Source of the DNA: an uncultured Flavobacteriales bacterium
GTDB lineage: Bacteria > Bacteroidota > Bacteroidia > Flavobacteriales > UBA1820
DNA length: 64,000 nt
NCBI GenBank assembly: GCA_902478645.1
Contig: CABSLV010000003.1
Span: 18,933-82,932, forward strand
Direction: 5' to 3'
In this document: positions 1 through 9,560 of the stretch, in pieces
Layout of the letters: every line of letters begins with the position of its first letter
Position numbering within the stretch: the first letter of the stretch is position 1
Position numbers and translations under genes: made by a program
The notes under the pieces: model-generated
Databases searched by the model: none
The model's input: the letters and a program-made list of their open reading frames with translations, nothing else
What the model was told of the DNA's origin: nothing

Positions 1-127
1 CGACGCCGGGCAGCGGGACAAAGGAACCGAGACGGTACACGGCCAAAAGGCCCAGCGTAAACAAGATCCGATCCCGGAGTTCCTTTATCTTCCAGATATT
101 GCCCAGTGTTTCAATGAAATTCTTCAT
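1..127 (-). CDS. secY: preprotein translocase SecY, first 42 codons (gene runs off left edge)
   Basis: Reverse complement from ATG (125-127) reads [42 protein letters not shown], a SecY N-terminus/TM1; lies directly after rplO as in spc operons. Confidence 0.85.
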   Translation of the reverse strand, partial: MKNFIETLGNIWKIKELRDRILFTLGLLAVYRLGSFVPLPGV

Positions 128-138
128 CTGCCTGCGGT

Positions 139-591
139 TTAGAGGGTGTTAACCTGGCCATTGGCCTTTTCGATCGCCTCGGCGGCAGACTTGGAAAATT
201 TGTGAGCCGTCACGTTCAGAGCAGCCTTGAGTTCACCCTGTCCGAGCACTTTCACGTAGTCATTCTTGCTGACCAGCCCGTTGCGGATCAACGTGTCGAG
301 GTTTACTACGCCATCGGTGATCTTGCCGGCATCCACCAAAGCCTGGAGGGTTGCCAGGTTCACCGCGCGATACTCGATACGGTTGATGTTCTTGAAGCCA
401 AACTTCGGAAGACGGCGCTGGAGAGGCATCTGACCTCCCTCAAAACCTACCTTGTGCTTGGCACCGGAACGCGACATCTGGCCTTTCAGACCACGGGTGG
501 ACGTACCACCCTTTCCGGAACCCTGTCCGCGTCCCACTCTCTTGCCTCTCTTGACGGCACCCGCTACGGGTTTAAGATCGTGTAAATTCAT
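139..591 (-). CDS. rplO: 50S ribosomal protein L15
   Basis: 150-aa ORF with G/K/R-rich N-terminus ([18 protein letters not shown]) typical of L15; position between rpmD and secY. Confidence 0.95.
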   Translation of the reverse strand: MNLHDLKPVAGAVKRGKRVGRGQGSGKGGTSTRGLKGQMSRSGAKHKVGFEGGQMPLQRRLPKFGFKNINRIEYRAVNLATLQALVDAGKITDGVVNLDTLIRNGLVSKNDYVKVLGQGELKAALNVTAHKFSKSAAEAIEKANGQVNTL

Positions 592-699
592 TTTTTACCT
601 TTTTTAAAGGATTTCTGATGAGTCGGTTTCCCTAAAGAAAACATCCGCCCCCTAAACAACGGATGTCCCACACCCGAAAAATCCTGTGTGATTATTGAT

Positions 700-882
700 T
701 TATTTTACTTCCTCTACTTTTACCAGGTGAGCCACTTTCGCTACCATGCCGTTGATGGCATCCGTAGCCTCTTTGACTACCGAAGCATGCATTTTCTTCA
801 GTCCCAGCGCATCGAGCGTTCTCTTCTGGTCTTTCGGCTGGCCGATACGGCTGCGTACCTGCGTGATTTTTATCTGTGCCAT
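700..882 (-). CDS. rpmD: 50S ribosomal protein L30
   Basis: 60-aa [33 protein letters not shown]..., L30 signature; between rpsE and rplO. Confidence 0.9.
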   Translation of the reverse strand: MAQIKITQVRSRIGQPKDQKRTLDALGLKKMHASVVKEATDAINGMVAKVAHLVKVEEVK

Positions 883-906
883 GTTGTTTCTTCTTTTTAA
901 AGAATA

Positions 907-1434
907 TTACCCCTTGAACACTTTCGAAACCGAAATTCCGCGAAGGGCAGCTACCTGCTCGGCGCTACGCAACTGCGAAAGCGCATTGAACGCAGCTTTT
1001 ACCACGTTGTGCGGGTTGGAAGAACCTTTCGACTTGGAAAGCACGTCGCGGATACCCACCGTTTCCAATACCGCGCGCACGGCACCACCGGCGATCACAC
1101 CGGTACCGTTCGATGCGGGCCGGATGAAAACGCTGGCACCGCCGAATTTACCTTCCTGAGCGTGAGGAACGGTCGATCCCAACAGAGGAACGCGGATCAG
1201 GTTCTTTTTGGCATCCTCGATGGCCTTGACGATGGCTTCGGACACCTCTTTCGATTTGCCCAAGCCGTGTCCTACCACGCCTTTGCCGTCGCCTACTACC
1301 ACGATCGCCGAAAAACCGAATGCGCGACCACCCTTGGTCACTTTGGTAACGCGGTTTACGCCTACCAGACGGTCGGTGAGTTCCAGACCGCTCGGTTTTA
1401 CTCTTTCTACTGCTTTACTGTATTCTTCAGCCAT
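907..1434 (-). CDS. rpsE: 30S ribosomal protein S5
   Basis: 175-aa ORF with [27 protein letters not shown] motif; operon position. Confidence 0.95.
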   Translation of the reverse strand: MAEEYSKAVERVKPSGLELTDRLVGVNRVTKVTKGGRAFGFSAIVVVGDGKGVVGHGLGKSKEVSEAIVKAIEDAKKNLIRVPLLGSTVPHAQEGKFGGASVFIRPASNGTGVIAGGAVRAVLETVGIRDVLSKSKGSSNPHNVVKAAFNALSQLRSAEQVAALRGISVSKVFKG

Positions 1435-1442
1435 GATTTCAA

Positions 1443-1796
1443 TTAGAATTTAAGACCTCCCTCTCTGGCTCCGTCGGCCAAGGCCTTTACGCGGCCATGA
1501 TACAGATAGCCGGCACGGTCGAACGTGCAGGTATCTATGCCCAGTGCAAGAGCTTTTTCGGCGATTTTCAGACCTACGTTTTTCGCTTTGTCCGTCTTGG
1601 TGCCCGTAGCGGCGAAATCTTTTTCGCGCGAAGAGGCGGCAGCCAGGGTTACCCCGTTCACGTCATCGATGAGCTGAACGTAGATCTCCTTGTTGCTGCG
1701 GAAGACCGACATACGGGGACGCTCGGCGCTTCCGCTGACGATGCGGCGGATGCGATAGCGTATTCTCTGTCTTCTTTCTTGTTTACTTAATGCCAT
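1443..1796 (-). CDS. rplR: 50S ribosomal protein L18
   Basis: 117-aa [23 protein letters not shown] and C-terminal [26 protein letters not shown]. Confidence 0.95.
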   Translation of the reverse strand: MALSKQERRQRIRYRIRRIVSGSAERPRMSVFRSNKEIYVQLIDDVNGVTLAAASSREKDFAATGTKTDKAKNVGLKIAEKALALGIDTCTFDRAGYLYHGRVKALADGAREGGLKF

Positions 1797-1808
1797 AGTA
1801 ACAAACTA

Positions 1809-2354
1809 TTATGCCGACTTACCGGCTTTTCTTCTGATAATTTCACCCACAAACTTGATACCCTTTCCTTTGTAAGGCTCCGGCTTGCGCAACGAACGGA
1901 TCTTGGCGCATACCTTGCCCAGGAGTTCCTTGTCGTGCGAGTAGAGTTTTACGATGGGGTTCTGTCCCTTTTCGGAAACGGTCTCCACTTTGATCTCGGC
2001 GGGAAGTTCGATCACCACGTTGTGCGAGAAGCCCAACGCCAGATCGAGTTTCTGCCCCTGGCTGGAGGCACGGTAACCCACGCCGACCAGTTCGAGTTGC
2101 TTGGTGAATCCCTCGGACACCCCGTGAACCATGTTGGCGATCAGGGCGCGATACGTTCCATACAGGCTGTGAGCCAGTTTGTCGTTATGTTCGGGGCGCT
2201 CCACGATGATCTGGTCGCCTTCCTGCTTGACGGTAACTTCTTTGATCTGCTGGGTCAGTTCCCCTTTGGGGCCTTTCACCGTAACGCTGTCGGGCGTAAT
2301 GGTGACCGTTACCCCTGCAGGGATCGCTACCGGATGTTTACCTATTCGTGACAT
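1809..2354 (-). CDS. rplF: 50S ribosomal protein L6
   Basis: 181-aa ORF MSRIGKHPVAIPAGVTV...; C-terminal PEPYKGKGIKF motif. Confidence 0.95.
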   Translation of the reverse strand: MSRIGKHPVAIPAGVTVTITPDSVTVKGPKGELTQQIKEVTVKQEGDQIIVERPEHNDKLAHSLYGTYRALIANMVHGVSEGFTKQLELVGVGYRASSQGQKLDLALGFSHNVVIELPAEIKVETVSEKGQNPIVKLYSHDKELLGKVCAKIRSLRKPEPYKGKGIKFVGEIIRRKAGKSA

Positions 2355-2375
2355 TTCTTGCTTTTCGTTTATGTG

Positions 2376-2774
2376 TTAGTAAACATAACATAATACCTCG
2401 CCACCTACGTTTTCCTTCTTGGCTTCCTTGTTGGTCATGATGCCTTTGGAAGTGGAAAGGATGGCGATGCCCATACCGCCGAGCACGCGGGGCAGCTCAT
2501 CGGCACCGGCATACTGACGCAGACCGGGGGACGAAATGCGCTCCAAGTGCGTGATGGCGCACTGACGGGTGAGTTTGTCGTATTTGAGAGCTATCTTGAT
2601 GCTCTGCGAAGGTCCTTCGCCCTCGAACTTGTAGTTGAGGATGTAGCCCTGCTCGAACAGGATCTTGGTGATCTCCCGTTTGAGGTTGGAAGCCGGAATC
2701 TCCACCACTTTCTTGCCGGCGCGGATCGCGTTGCGAAGTCTGGTCAGATAGTCTGCTATCGGATCTGTTATCAT
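2376..2774 (-). CDS. rpsH: 30S ribosomal protein S8
   Basis: 132-aa ORF MITDPIADYLTRLRNAIRA...; ends GGEVLCYVY. Confidence 0.95.
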   Translation of the reverse strand: MITDPIADYLTRLRNAIRAGKKVVEIPASNLKREITKILFEQGYILNYKFEGEGPSQSIKIALKYDKLTRQCAITHLERISSPGLRQYAGADELPRVLGGMGIAILSTSKGIMTNKEAKKENVGGEVLCYVY

Positions 2775-2808
2775 AACTGTGTGAATCCTTTTAATTTACT
2801 TGATTATA

Positions 2809-3078
2809 TTACCAGCTTGCCTTTTTAACGCCGGGGATCAGGCCCTGGTTGGCCATCTCGCGCAAGGTAACGCGGGAGATACCGAACTGGCGCACATATC
2901 CGCGAGGACGACCGGTGAGTTTGCAACGGTTGTGCAAACGTACCGGGGATGCGTTCTTGGGCAGTTTCTGCAGGCCGACGTAATCTCCGGCAGCCTTCAG
3001 CGCTGCACGCTTGGCGGCGTATTTGGCAACGAGTGCTTCGCGTTTGCGCTCGCGCGCTTTCATTGATTCTTTAGCCAT
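2809..3078 (-). CDS. rpsN: 30S ribosomal protein S14 (long, non-zinc type)
   Basis: 89-aa ORF ending [39 protein letters not shown]; no CxxC pairs. Confidence 0.95.
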   Translation of the reverse strand: MAKESMKARERKREALVAKYAAKRAALKAAGDYVGLQKLPKNASPVRLHNRCKLTGRPRGYVRQFGISRVTLREMANQGLIPGVKKASW

Positions 3079-3082
3079 CTGC

Positions 3083-3634
3083 TTATTTCTTTTTAAAAGG
3101 TAAACCGAATGCGGTGAGTAACGCCTTTGCTTCCTTGTCGGTCTTGGCCGAGGTAACGAAGGTGATGTCCATACCGGAGATCTTGTTCACCTGGTCGATG
3201 TTGATTTCCGGGAAGATGATCTGCTCGGTCACGCCCATGTTGTAGTTGCCACGTCCGTCGAAACCGTTGGGGTTGATCCCGTTGAAGTCGCGGATACGGG
3301 GCAGGGCGGCACTGACCAGGCGGTCGAGGAACTCGTACATTCTGTCTGCACGGAGCGTTACCTTCACACCGATAGGCATCCCTTTACGCAGTTTGAAAGA
3401 AGCAACGTCCTTCTTGGAATTGCAAGCGACGGCTTTCTGACCGGCGATACGCGTGGTTTCGTCCACCGCATACTCGATCTGTTTCTTGTCGGACACAGCC
3501 GATCCCACGCCTTTGGAGATCACGATCTTTTCCAAAACGGGAACCATCATCTTGTTCTTGTATCCGAATTCGGACATAAGGGCAGGCACCACCTTTTCCT
3601 TATACAGTCCTTTGAGTCTCGGCTGATATGTCAT
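3083..3634 (-). CDS. rplE: 50S ribosomal protein L5
   Basis: 183-aa ORF with [17 protein letters not shown] motif; start overlaps rplX stop by 4 nt. Confidence 0.95.
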   Translation of the reverse strand: MTYQPRLKGLYKEKVVPALMSEFGYKNKMMVPVLEKIVISKGVGSAVSDKKQIEYAVDETTRIAGQKAVACNSKKDVASFKLRKGMPIGVKVTLRADRMYEFLDRLVSAALPRIRDFNGINPNGFDGRGNYNMGVTEQIIFPEINIDQVNKISGMDITFVTSAKTDKEAKALLTAFGLPFKKK

Positions 3635-3948
3635 CGTATTACCTCCCCTGATTTTTTAGAAACCCTCACTTTCTTGTCGCCTTCCATCTTGTAGCCCACG
3701 CGGGTAGCTTTGCCCGTCTTGGGGTCTACCAACGCGAGGTTGGAGATGTGCACGGGAGCTTCGGTCTTGACGATGCCTCCCTGCGGATTCTTAGCGTCGG
3801 GTTTTTTGTGTTTGGACACTACATTGACACCTTCCACGATAGCTTTGTTGTCTTCCGGGAAAACGCGGAGCACTTCGCCCTCTTTTCCTTTGGAACCACC
3901 GGAAATAACGACAACCTTGTCTCCTTTCTTGATTTTCAACTTTGTCAT
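3631..3948 (-). CDS. rplX: 50S ribosomal protein L24
   Basis: 105-aa [30 protein letters not shown] (KOW motif). Confidence 0.95.
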   Translation of the reverse strand: MTKLKIKKGDKVVVISGGSKGKEGEVLRVFPEDNKAIVEGVNVVSKHKKPDAKNPQGGIVKTEAPVHISNLALVDPKTGKATRVGYKMEGDKKVRVSKKSGEVIR

Positions 3949-3962
3949 GGTGTTTTCCGATG

Positions 3963-4331
3963 TTAAAGCACCTCGGGTGCCAGTGAAACAATCTTCATGA
4001 ACTGTTTGTCACGCAATTCGCGTGCCACGGGTCCGAATACGCGGGTACCGCGCATCTCCCCGGCTGCGCTCAAAAGAACGCAGGCATTGTCATCGAAACG
4101 AATATAGGAACCGTCGGGACGACGAACTTCCTTTTTCGTTCTGACTACAACTGCCTTAGATACCTGGCCTTTCTTTACGCTTCCCGTCGGAGTTGCATCC
4201 TTGATGGCTACCACGATGGTGTCGCCCAGCGATGCATACCGTCTGCCGGTACCTCCCAGTACACGTATCACCAGCACTTCGCGAGCGCCGGTGTTGTCGG
4301 CCACTTTCAATCTTGACTCTTGTTGTAACAT
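3963..4331 (-). CDS. rplN: 50S ribosomal protein L14
   Basis: 122-aa [30 protein letters not shown]..., near-universal L14 sequence. Confidence 0.97.
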   Translation of the reverse strand: MLQQESRLKVADNTGAREVLVIRVLGGTGRRYASLGDTIVVAIKDATPTGSVKKGQVSKAVVVRTKKEVRRPDGSYIRFDDNACVLLSAAGEMRGTRVFGPVARELRDKQFMKIVSLAPEVL

Positions 4332-4334
4332 AAT

Positions 4335-4598
4335 TTATTTGGCTCTTTCTATGATTTCGACAAGTCTCCAACGTTTGTTCTTGGACAACGGGCGCGTCTC
4401 CATGATGCGAACCGTATCGCCTACGTTGCAGGCATTCTGCTCATCATGTGCATAGTATTTCTTCGTGCGGATCACGAATTTACCATACATCGGGTGCTTG
4501 ACGCGTTTTACTTCGGAAACGACGATGGATTTCTCCATCTTGTTCGAAGTTACCACGCCGACACGTTCCTTTCTCAGGTTTCTTGCTGTCTGTTCCAT
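4335..4598 (-). CDS. rpsQ: 30S ribosomal protein S17
   Basis: ORF 4335-4655 trimmed to the internal ATG at 4596-4598 ([27 protein letters not shown]...). The longer start would overlap rpmC (stop at 4609). Confidence 0.9.
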   Translation of the reverse strand: MEQTARNLRKERVGVVTSNKMEKSIVVSEVKRVKHPMYGKFVIRTKKYYAHDEQNACNVGDTVRIMETRPLSKNKRWRLVEIIERAK

Positions 4599-4608
4599 CT
4601 TCGGCTGA

Positions 4609-4803
4609 CTACTTTTGAAGTTCTCTTTTGGTAAGTTCAGTTGCAAGACGAGCAACCGTTCTGCGTGTTTTGCGGATCTCCATCGGGTTTTCCAGGGGAG
4701 TTACCGCATGGTTGAGGCGCTGTTCGGCAAGCTTGGCTTTGGTTTCAGCCAGCTTCTCCTGCAGGTCAGCCGTCGACATCTCTTTTATTACGGATTGTTT
4801 CAT
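4609..4803 (-). CDS. rpmC: 50S ribosomal protein L29
   Basis: 64-aa helical ORF ([26 protein letters not shown]) between rplP and rpsQ. Confidence 0.9.
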   Translation of the reverse strand: MKQSVIKEMSTADLQEKLAETKAKLAEQRLNHAVTPLENPMEIRKTRRTVARLATELTKRELQK

Positions 4804-4818
4804 TTTGCAATTCTGGGA

Positions 4819-5241
4819 TTACGCTTCAACAAAATCGTGAGCCACGACGAACTTGGTCTTTATCGGAAGCTTCTGAGCAGCCAGACGCAGGGCCTCTTTG
4901 GCCACCTCGAAAGGAACGCCGCCCACTTCGAACATGATGCGTCCGGGGAGTACCGGAGCTGCCCAGTATTCCACGTTACCTTTACCTTTACCCTGACGGA
5001 CTTCGGCCGGCTTCTGGGTGATCGGTTTGTCGGGGAATATACGGATCCAGAGCTGACCCTCACGCTTCATGTAACGGGTAGCTGCGATACGAGCCGCCTC
5101 GATCTGACGCGCGGTGATCCACTTCTGCTCGAGAGTCTTGAGTCCGAAAGTACCGAAGGCTATCGTATGCCCTCTGTGCGAGAGGCCATGCATGCGGCCT
5201 TTCTGTACCTTGCGAAATTTTGTTCTTTTAGGCTGTAACAT
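4819..5241 (-). CDS. rplP: 50S ribosomal protein L16
   Basis: 140-aa [24 protein letters not shown]... Confidence 0.97.
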   Translation of the reverse strand: MLQPKRTKFRKVQKGRMHGLSHRGHTIAFGTFGLKTLEQKWITARQIEAARIAATRYMKREGQLWIRIFPDKPITQKPAEVRQGKGKGNVEYWAAPVLPGRIMFEVGGVPFEVAKEALRLAAQKLPIKTKFVVAHDFVEA

Positions 5242-5265
5242 TTCTACTCTATTTAGGCCTTGTTA

Positions 5266-6027
5266 TTACTTCTTTGCTTTCCTGTTGCGATCTCCGCCGC
5301 GTCTTTCCCGACGCTCGCCGCGTCCTTCGCCACGACCGCCGCGGGACGAACCTGCCCCGGAAGCCGAAGACTGGGAAGAGAAATTGGGCGAAAGATCCTG
5401 ACGACCGTACACCTCGCCGCGCATGATCCATACCTTGATGCCGATACGGCCATAGGTAGTGTGTGCTTCAGCCAAAGCGTAATCGATGTCGGCACGGAAA
5501 GTGGACAACGGAATACGTCCCTCCTTGAAGGTCTCGCTGCGGGCGATCTCGGCGCCGTTCAAACGACCCGACACCATGACCTTGATACCCTCGGCGTTCA
5601 TGCGCATCGTGGAAGCCATGGCCATCTTGATGGCACGGCGGTACGAAATGCGGCCTTCGATCTGACGGGCGATGCTCGAAGCCACCAGGTTGGCGTCCAT
5701 CTCCGGCTTTTTGATCTCGAAGATATTGATCTGGACTTCCTTGCCGGTGAGCTTTTTGAGCTCTTCCTTGATTTTATCGACCTCCTGGCCGCCCTTTCCG
5801 ATGATGATACCCGGACGGGCCGTCAGAACGGTTACCGTAACCAGCTTCAGGGTGCGTTCGATGACGATGCGCGACACGCTGGCCTTGGCCAGACGAACCA
5901 TCAGGTACTTGCGGATCTTGCTGTCCTCGGTGATTTTGTCGCCGTAGTCGTCGCCGCCGTACCAGTTAGATTCCCAACCTCTGATAATTCCTAAACGGTT
6001 GCCTATCGGATTTGTCTTCTGTCCCAT
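5266..6027 (-). CDS. rpsC: 30S ribosomal protein S3 with Arg/Gly-rich C-terminal tail
   Basis: 253-aa [26 protein letters not shown]..., KH domain; last ~41 aa are [27 protein letters not shown]-type low complexity. Confidence 0.95.
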   Translation of the reverse strand: MGQKTNPIGNRLGIIRGWESNWYGGDDYGDKITEDSKIRKYLMVRLAKASVSRIVIERTLKLVTVTVLTARPGIIIGKGGQEVDKIKEELKKLTGKEVQINIFEIKKPEMDANLVASSIARQIEGRISYRRAIKMAMASTMRMNAEGIKVMVSGRLNGAEIARSETFKEGRIPLSTFRADIDYALAEAHTTYGRIGIKVWIMRGEVYGRQDLSPNFSSQSSASGAGSSRGGRGEGRGERRERRGGDRNRKAKK

Positions 6028-6030
6028 TGC

Positions 6031-6447
6031 TTACTTGGTTTCTGTTGGTTGATTGGCGGCGCTTCCCAGCACCACGGTTACGTGATTGGAACGCTTGCGG
6101 ATACGATGACCGCGACCCTGGGGGGCCGGACGGAGTCTCTTGAGCGTGGAACCGCAATCGACGCTGATCTCCTTGATAAACAGGTTGGCCTCCTCGAGGC
6201 TAACCCCTTCGTTCTTGGCCTGCCAGTTGGCTACGGCCGAAAGAACGAGCTTTTCGATATTGGCGGAAGCATGCTTGGTGTTGAACTTGAGGATCTGAAG
6301 AGCCTTGTTCACCTCCACACCGCGCACCAGGTTGGCTACCAGGCGCATCTTGCGGGGGGACGACGGGCAATTCTTCAGCTTTGCAAAGGCAACCTGCTTC
6401 TTGGCAGCCTTGATGGCATCCGCTCTATTTTTCTTTCGAGTTCCCAT
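6031..6447 (-). CDS. rplV: 50S ribosomal protein L22
   Basis: 138-aa ORF with SPRKMRLVANLVRG and RLRPAPQGRGHRIRKRSNHVTVVL motifs. Confidence 0.95.
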   Translation of the reverse strand: MGTRKKNRADAIKAAKKQVAFAKLKNCPSSPRKMRLVANLVRGVEVNKALQILKFNTKHASANIEKLVLSAVANWQAKNEGVSLEEANLFIKEISVDCGSTLKRLRPAPQGRGHRIRKRSNHVTVVLGSAANQPTETK

Positions 6448-6466
6448 TTTGATTCTAAACTGCTAA

Positions 6467-6745
6467 TTAACGTTTACCTTTATCCTTCGCACCGGCATGA
6501 CCCCGGAAAATACGCGTCTGAGCGAATTCGCCGAGTTTGTGCCCTACCATGTTTTCCGTAATGTACACCGGGATAAAAGTCTTTCCGTTGTGTACCGCAA
6601 TCGTCTGTCCTACGAAATCCGGAGAAATCATCGAAGCGCGCGACCAGGTCTTGATCACCGTCTTCTTGTTGGCCTCGACATTGGCGAGCACCTTCTTCTC
6701 CAGCTTGTAGTGAATAAACGGTCCTTTTTTCAATGAACGTGCCAT
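6467..6745 (-). CDS. rpsS: 30S ribosomal protein S19
   Basis: 92-aa [18 protein letters not shown]...[16 protein letters not shown]. Confidence 0.97.
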   Translation of the reverse strand: MARSLKKGPFIHYKLEKKVLANVEANKKTVIKTWSRASMISPDFVGQTIAVHNGKTFIPVYITENMVGHKLGEFAQTRIFRGHAGAKDKGKR

Positions 6746-6748
6746 AGC

Positions 6749-7576
6749 TTACTTCTTTCTTCGTTCTACAATGTACTTGTTGCTTGCCTTGGTAAGCGAA
6801 CGGGTCTTGTAACCCTTGGCAGGGATACCCTTACGCGTACGCGGATGTCCACCGGATGCACGGCCTTCACCACCACCCATCGGGTGATCGACAGGGTTCA
6901 TCACCACAGCGCGGACACGGGGACGGCGTCCCAACCAGCGGGAACGACCGGCCTTACCCGAAGATTCAAGCTGATGGTCGGAGTTCGATACCACACCTAT
7001 CGTGGCCATGCACGTGGTGAGGATCATACGGGTTTCTCCCGAAGGGAGTTTGATCGTGGCGTATTTTCCCTCGCGGGCAGCCAACTGAGCGAACGTGCCG
7101 GCCGAACGGGCAATCACGGCGCCCTGTCCGGGACGGAGCTCGATGCAGCTGATCACGGTACCCAGAGGAATCTCGCCCAAGTACAGCGCGTTGCCCACCT
7201 CGGGGGCTACACCCTCTCCGGAAACTACTTTCTGACCTACCTGAAGGCCGGCAGGAGCGATGATGTAACGCTTCTCGCCGTCGGTGTAAGCCAGCAGAGC
7301 GATGAATGCCGAACGATTGGGGTCGTACTCTATGGTTTTTACCGTAGCAGGTATTCCGAACTTGTCGCGTTTGAAATCGATGATACGATAACGCTGTTTG
7401 TGACCGCCGCCGATCTGACGCATGGTCATCTTACCGGTATTGTTGCGACCGCCCGTTTTCTTTTTGCGCGCCAGAAGGCTTTTCTCGGGCTGGTTTCCCA
7501 CCGTAACGGCATCGTTACAGTTGAGGATCTTGTGACGCTGCCCGGCTGTGGTCGGTTTTAATTTTCTGACTGACAT
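6749..7576 (-). CDS. rplB: 50S ribosomal protein L2
   Basis: 275-aa ORF with [24 protein letters not shown] motif. Confidence 0.97.
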   Translation of the reverse strand: MSVRKLKPTTAGQRHKILNCNDAVTVGNQPEKSLLARKKKTGGRNNTGKMTMRQIGGGHKQRYRIIDFKRDKFGIPATVKTIEYDPNRSAFIALLAYTDGEKRYIIAPAGLQVGQKVVSGEGVAPEVGNALYLGEIPLGTVISCIELRPGQGAVIARSAGTFAQLAAREGKYATIKLPSGETRMILTTCMATIGVVSNSDHQLESSGKAGRSRWLGRRPRVRAVVMNPVDHPMGGGEGRASGGHPRTRKGIPAKGYKTRSLTKASNKYIVERRKK

Positions 7577-7581
7577 ATCCT

Positions 7582-7875
7582 TCAGATATTGTTATAAAAG
7601 TCGATTGTTTGTCCTTCGGCGATCTCGACGATAGCCTTCTTAAACGCATTGGTATGCCCTTTGACCAGACCCGCTTTGGTATAACGGCTGCGAACCTTGC
7701 CGGCATAACGAATGGTGTTCACTTTCTTTACCGTAACTCCGTACACCTTTTCGACAGCAGCCTTGATCTGCTCCTTGTCGGCGTCGGGTTTTACCACAAA
7801 ACCGTAACGGCCGCTCTTGTCGGTAATAGCGGTCATCTTTTCGGTGATAAGCGGCTTTATCAATATATTGTCCAT
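7582..7875 (-). CDS. rplW: 50S ribosomal protein L23
   Basis: ORF 7582-7977 trimmed to ATG 7873-7875 ([17 protein letters not shown]...). The longer start would overlap rplD (stop at 7881). Confidence 0.9.
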   Translation of the reverse strand: MDNILIKPLITEKMTAITDKSGRYGFVVKPDADKEQIKAAVEKVYGVTVKKVNTIRYAGKVRSRYTKAGLVKGHTNAFKKAIVEIAEGQTIDFYNNI

Positions 7876-7880
7876 CTTCG

Positions 7881-8510
7881 TTAGTTGCTTAAGTTGTTTT
7901 GTAATTGCTGCAAAGCACTTTCCGAAATCACCATCGCCGAAGCATTGATGATCGCGTAAGTGTTTAATTCTGTGCAAGGCACAACCGAAGCGGTCTGTAA
8001 ATTTCGCGAGGACAAATATACGTTTTTATCGCTGGCGGCCGTAACAAACAACGATTTTTTAGACTTTAAGCCCAAAGCCTCGATAATATTAACAAAATCT
8101 TTGGTTTTGGGAGCATCAAATGTAAAATCCTCAATAACCATCAGATTTTTATCCGAAACCTTCTGGGACAGCACCGACTTGCGGGCCAGTCGTTTTACCT
8201 TTTTGTTCAACTTGAACGAATAATCGCGCGGAACAGGTCCGAATACGCGAGCTCCGCCCCGGAACTCAGGGTTCTTGATGCTACCTGCACGAGCGCCGCC
8301 CGTACCTTTCTGCTTCTTCAGTTTACGGGTGCTGCCCGAAACCAGGCTGCGGTCCTTGGAACTGTGCGTACCCTGGCGTTTGTTGGCCAGATACTGCTTA
8401 ACATCCAGCCATACCGCATGCTCGTTGGGCTCTACGGCGAAAACCGATTCGTCGAGAGTTACCTTGCGTCCGGTCGGCTTTCCTTTTATGTCTAATACTT
8501 CTAATTCCAT
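7881..8510 (-). CDS. rplD: 50S ribosomal protein L4
   Basis: ORF trimmed to ATG 8508-8510 ([14 protein letters not shown]...); forms a TGATG one-base overlap with the rplC stop; KGTGGARAGSIKNPEFRGGARVFGP motif. Confidence 0.9.
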   Translation of the reverse strand: MELEVLDIKGKPTGRKVTLDESVFAVEPNEHAVWLDVKQYLANKRQGTHSSKDRSLVSGSTRKLKKQKGTGGARAGSIKNPEFRGGARVFGPVPRDYSFKLNKKVKRLARKSVLSQKVSDKNLMVIEDFTFDAPKTKDFVNIIEALGLKSKKSLFVTAASDKNVYLSSRNLQTASVVPCTELNTYAIINASAMVISESALQQLQNNLSN

Positions 8511-9127
8511 CACTTTTCGATCATTAAATATGAGTTCTTTGCGCCCGGAACGCATCCTTTCACTACCAGCAGATTCTTGTCTGCTTCCACTTTGAGCACC
8601 AGAAGGTTCTTCACCTTAACCCGGTCTCCGCCCATGCGACCTGCCATGCGAAGGCCCTTGAAGACCTTGGCAGGATACGAGCACGCACCGATGGAACCCG
8701 GCTTGCGAAGACGGTTGTGCTGACCGTGAGTTGCTTGTCCTACACCACCAAATCCATGACGCTTAACGACACCCTGGTAACCCCGTCCTTTGGAGGTACC
8801 TACGACATCCACGAACTCTCCTTCTGCAAACAAGTCTGCCGTCAGAACATCGCCCAGCTTGTAGTCTCCTCCAAAATCCTTGAATTCGACCACTTTGTGC
8901 TTGGGGGTAGTCCCTGCTTTCTTGAAGTGTCCGTTGAGTGCCTTGGTAACGTTCTTTTCTTTCTTGTCATCGAAACCAAGCTGAAGAGCTTCGTACCCGT
9001 CAACCTGTGTGGTTCTGACCTGTGTTACTACACACGGACCGCATTCGATGACCGTGCACGGGATGTTCTTCCCGTTCTGGTCAAAAATGCTGGTCATACC
9101 GATTTTTTTACCAATTAATCCAGACAT
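8510..9127 (-). CDS. rplC: 50S ribosomal protein L3
   Basis: 205-aa [23 protein letters not shown]... Confidence 0.95.
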   Translation of the reverse strand: MSGLIGKKIGMTSIFDQNGKNIPCTVIECGPCVVTQVRTTQVDGYEALQLGFDDKKEKNVTKALNGHFKKAGTTPKHKVVEFKDFGGDYKLGDVLTADLFAEGEFVDVVGTSKGRGYQGVVKRHGFGGVGQATHGQHNRLRKPGSIGACSYPAKVFKGLRMAGRMGGDRVKVKNLLVLKVEADKNLLVVKGCVPGAKNSYLMIEK

Positions 9128-9227
9128 TTTGTGGTTTTAATTATTGGACAAATTATTTGTAACCGGGACAGCGCTTGACCGCAAGGGGAAACTTGCGGCC
9201 AAGGTATCCGAAAAAAATTTCATAAAA

Positions 9228-9533
9228 TCACACTTTGATCTCTACTTCCACGCCGCTGGGCAACTCCAGTTTCATCAAGGCATCGATGGTCTTGGACGAG
9301 GAGCTGTAGATATCCAGCAGACGTTTGTAAGAACTCAGTTCGAACTGCTCGCGCGATTTCTTATTCACGTGCGGGGAACGCAGCACGGTGAATATCTTCT
9401 TTTGGGTAGGGAGCGGAATAGGTCCGTTCACTATCGCGCCGGTGGATTTGACGGTCTTGACGATCTTGTCGGCCGACTTGTCCACCAAACTGTGGTCATA
9501 GGACTTGAGTTTGATACGGATTTTTTGACTCAT
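9228..9533 (-). CDS. rpsJ: 30S ribosomal protein S10
   Basis: 101-aa [24 protein letters not shown]...[17 protein letters not shown]. Confidence 0.97.
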   Translation of the reverse strand: MSQKIRIKLKSYDHSLVDKSADKIVKTVKSTGAIVNGPIPLPTQKKIFTVLRSPHVNKKSREQFELSSYKRLLDIYSSSSKTIDALMKLELPSGVEVEIKV

Positions 9534-9560
9534 TGTATTCTATGGTCTAAAACTTGTTTC

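Noticed and set aside
7876-7977. N-terminal extensions offered by the longest-ORF starts (rplW 7977, rplD 8555, rpsQ 4655, pdxJ 13864, xerC 23856, U32 20983, rpsT 62034, secE 26096, M23 42298 and others)
   Set aside because: The extensions overlap the preceding gene, a tRNA or a terminator and lack homology-like sequence. Internal ATGs give proteins that begin at the conserved N-termini.
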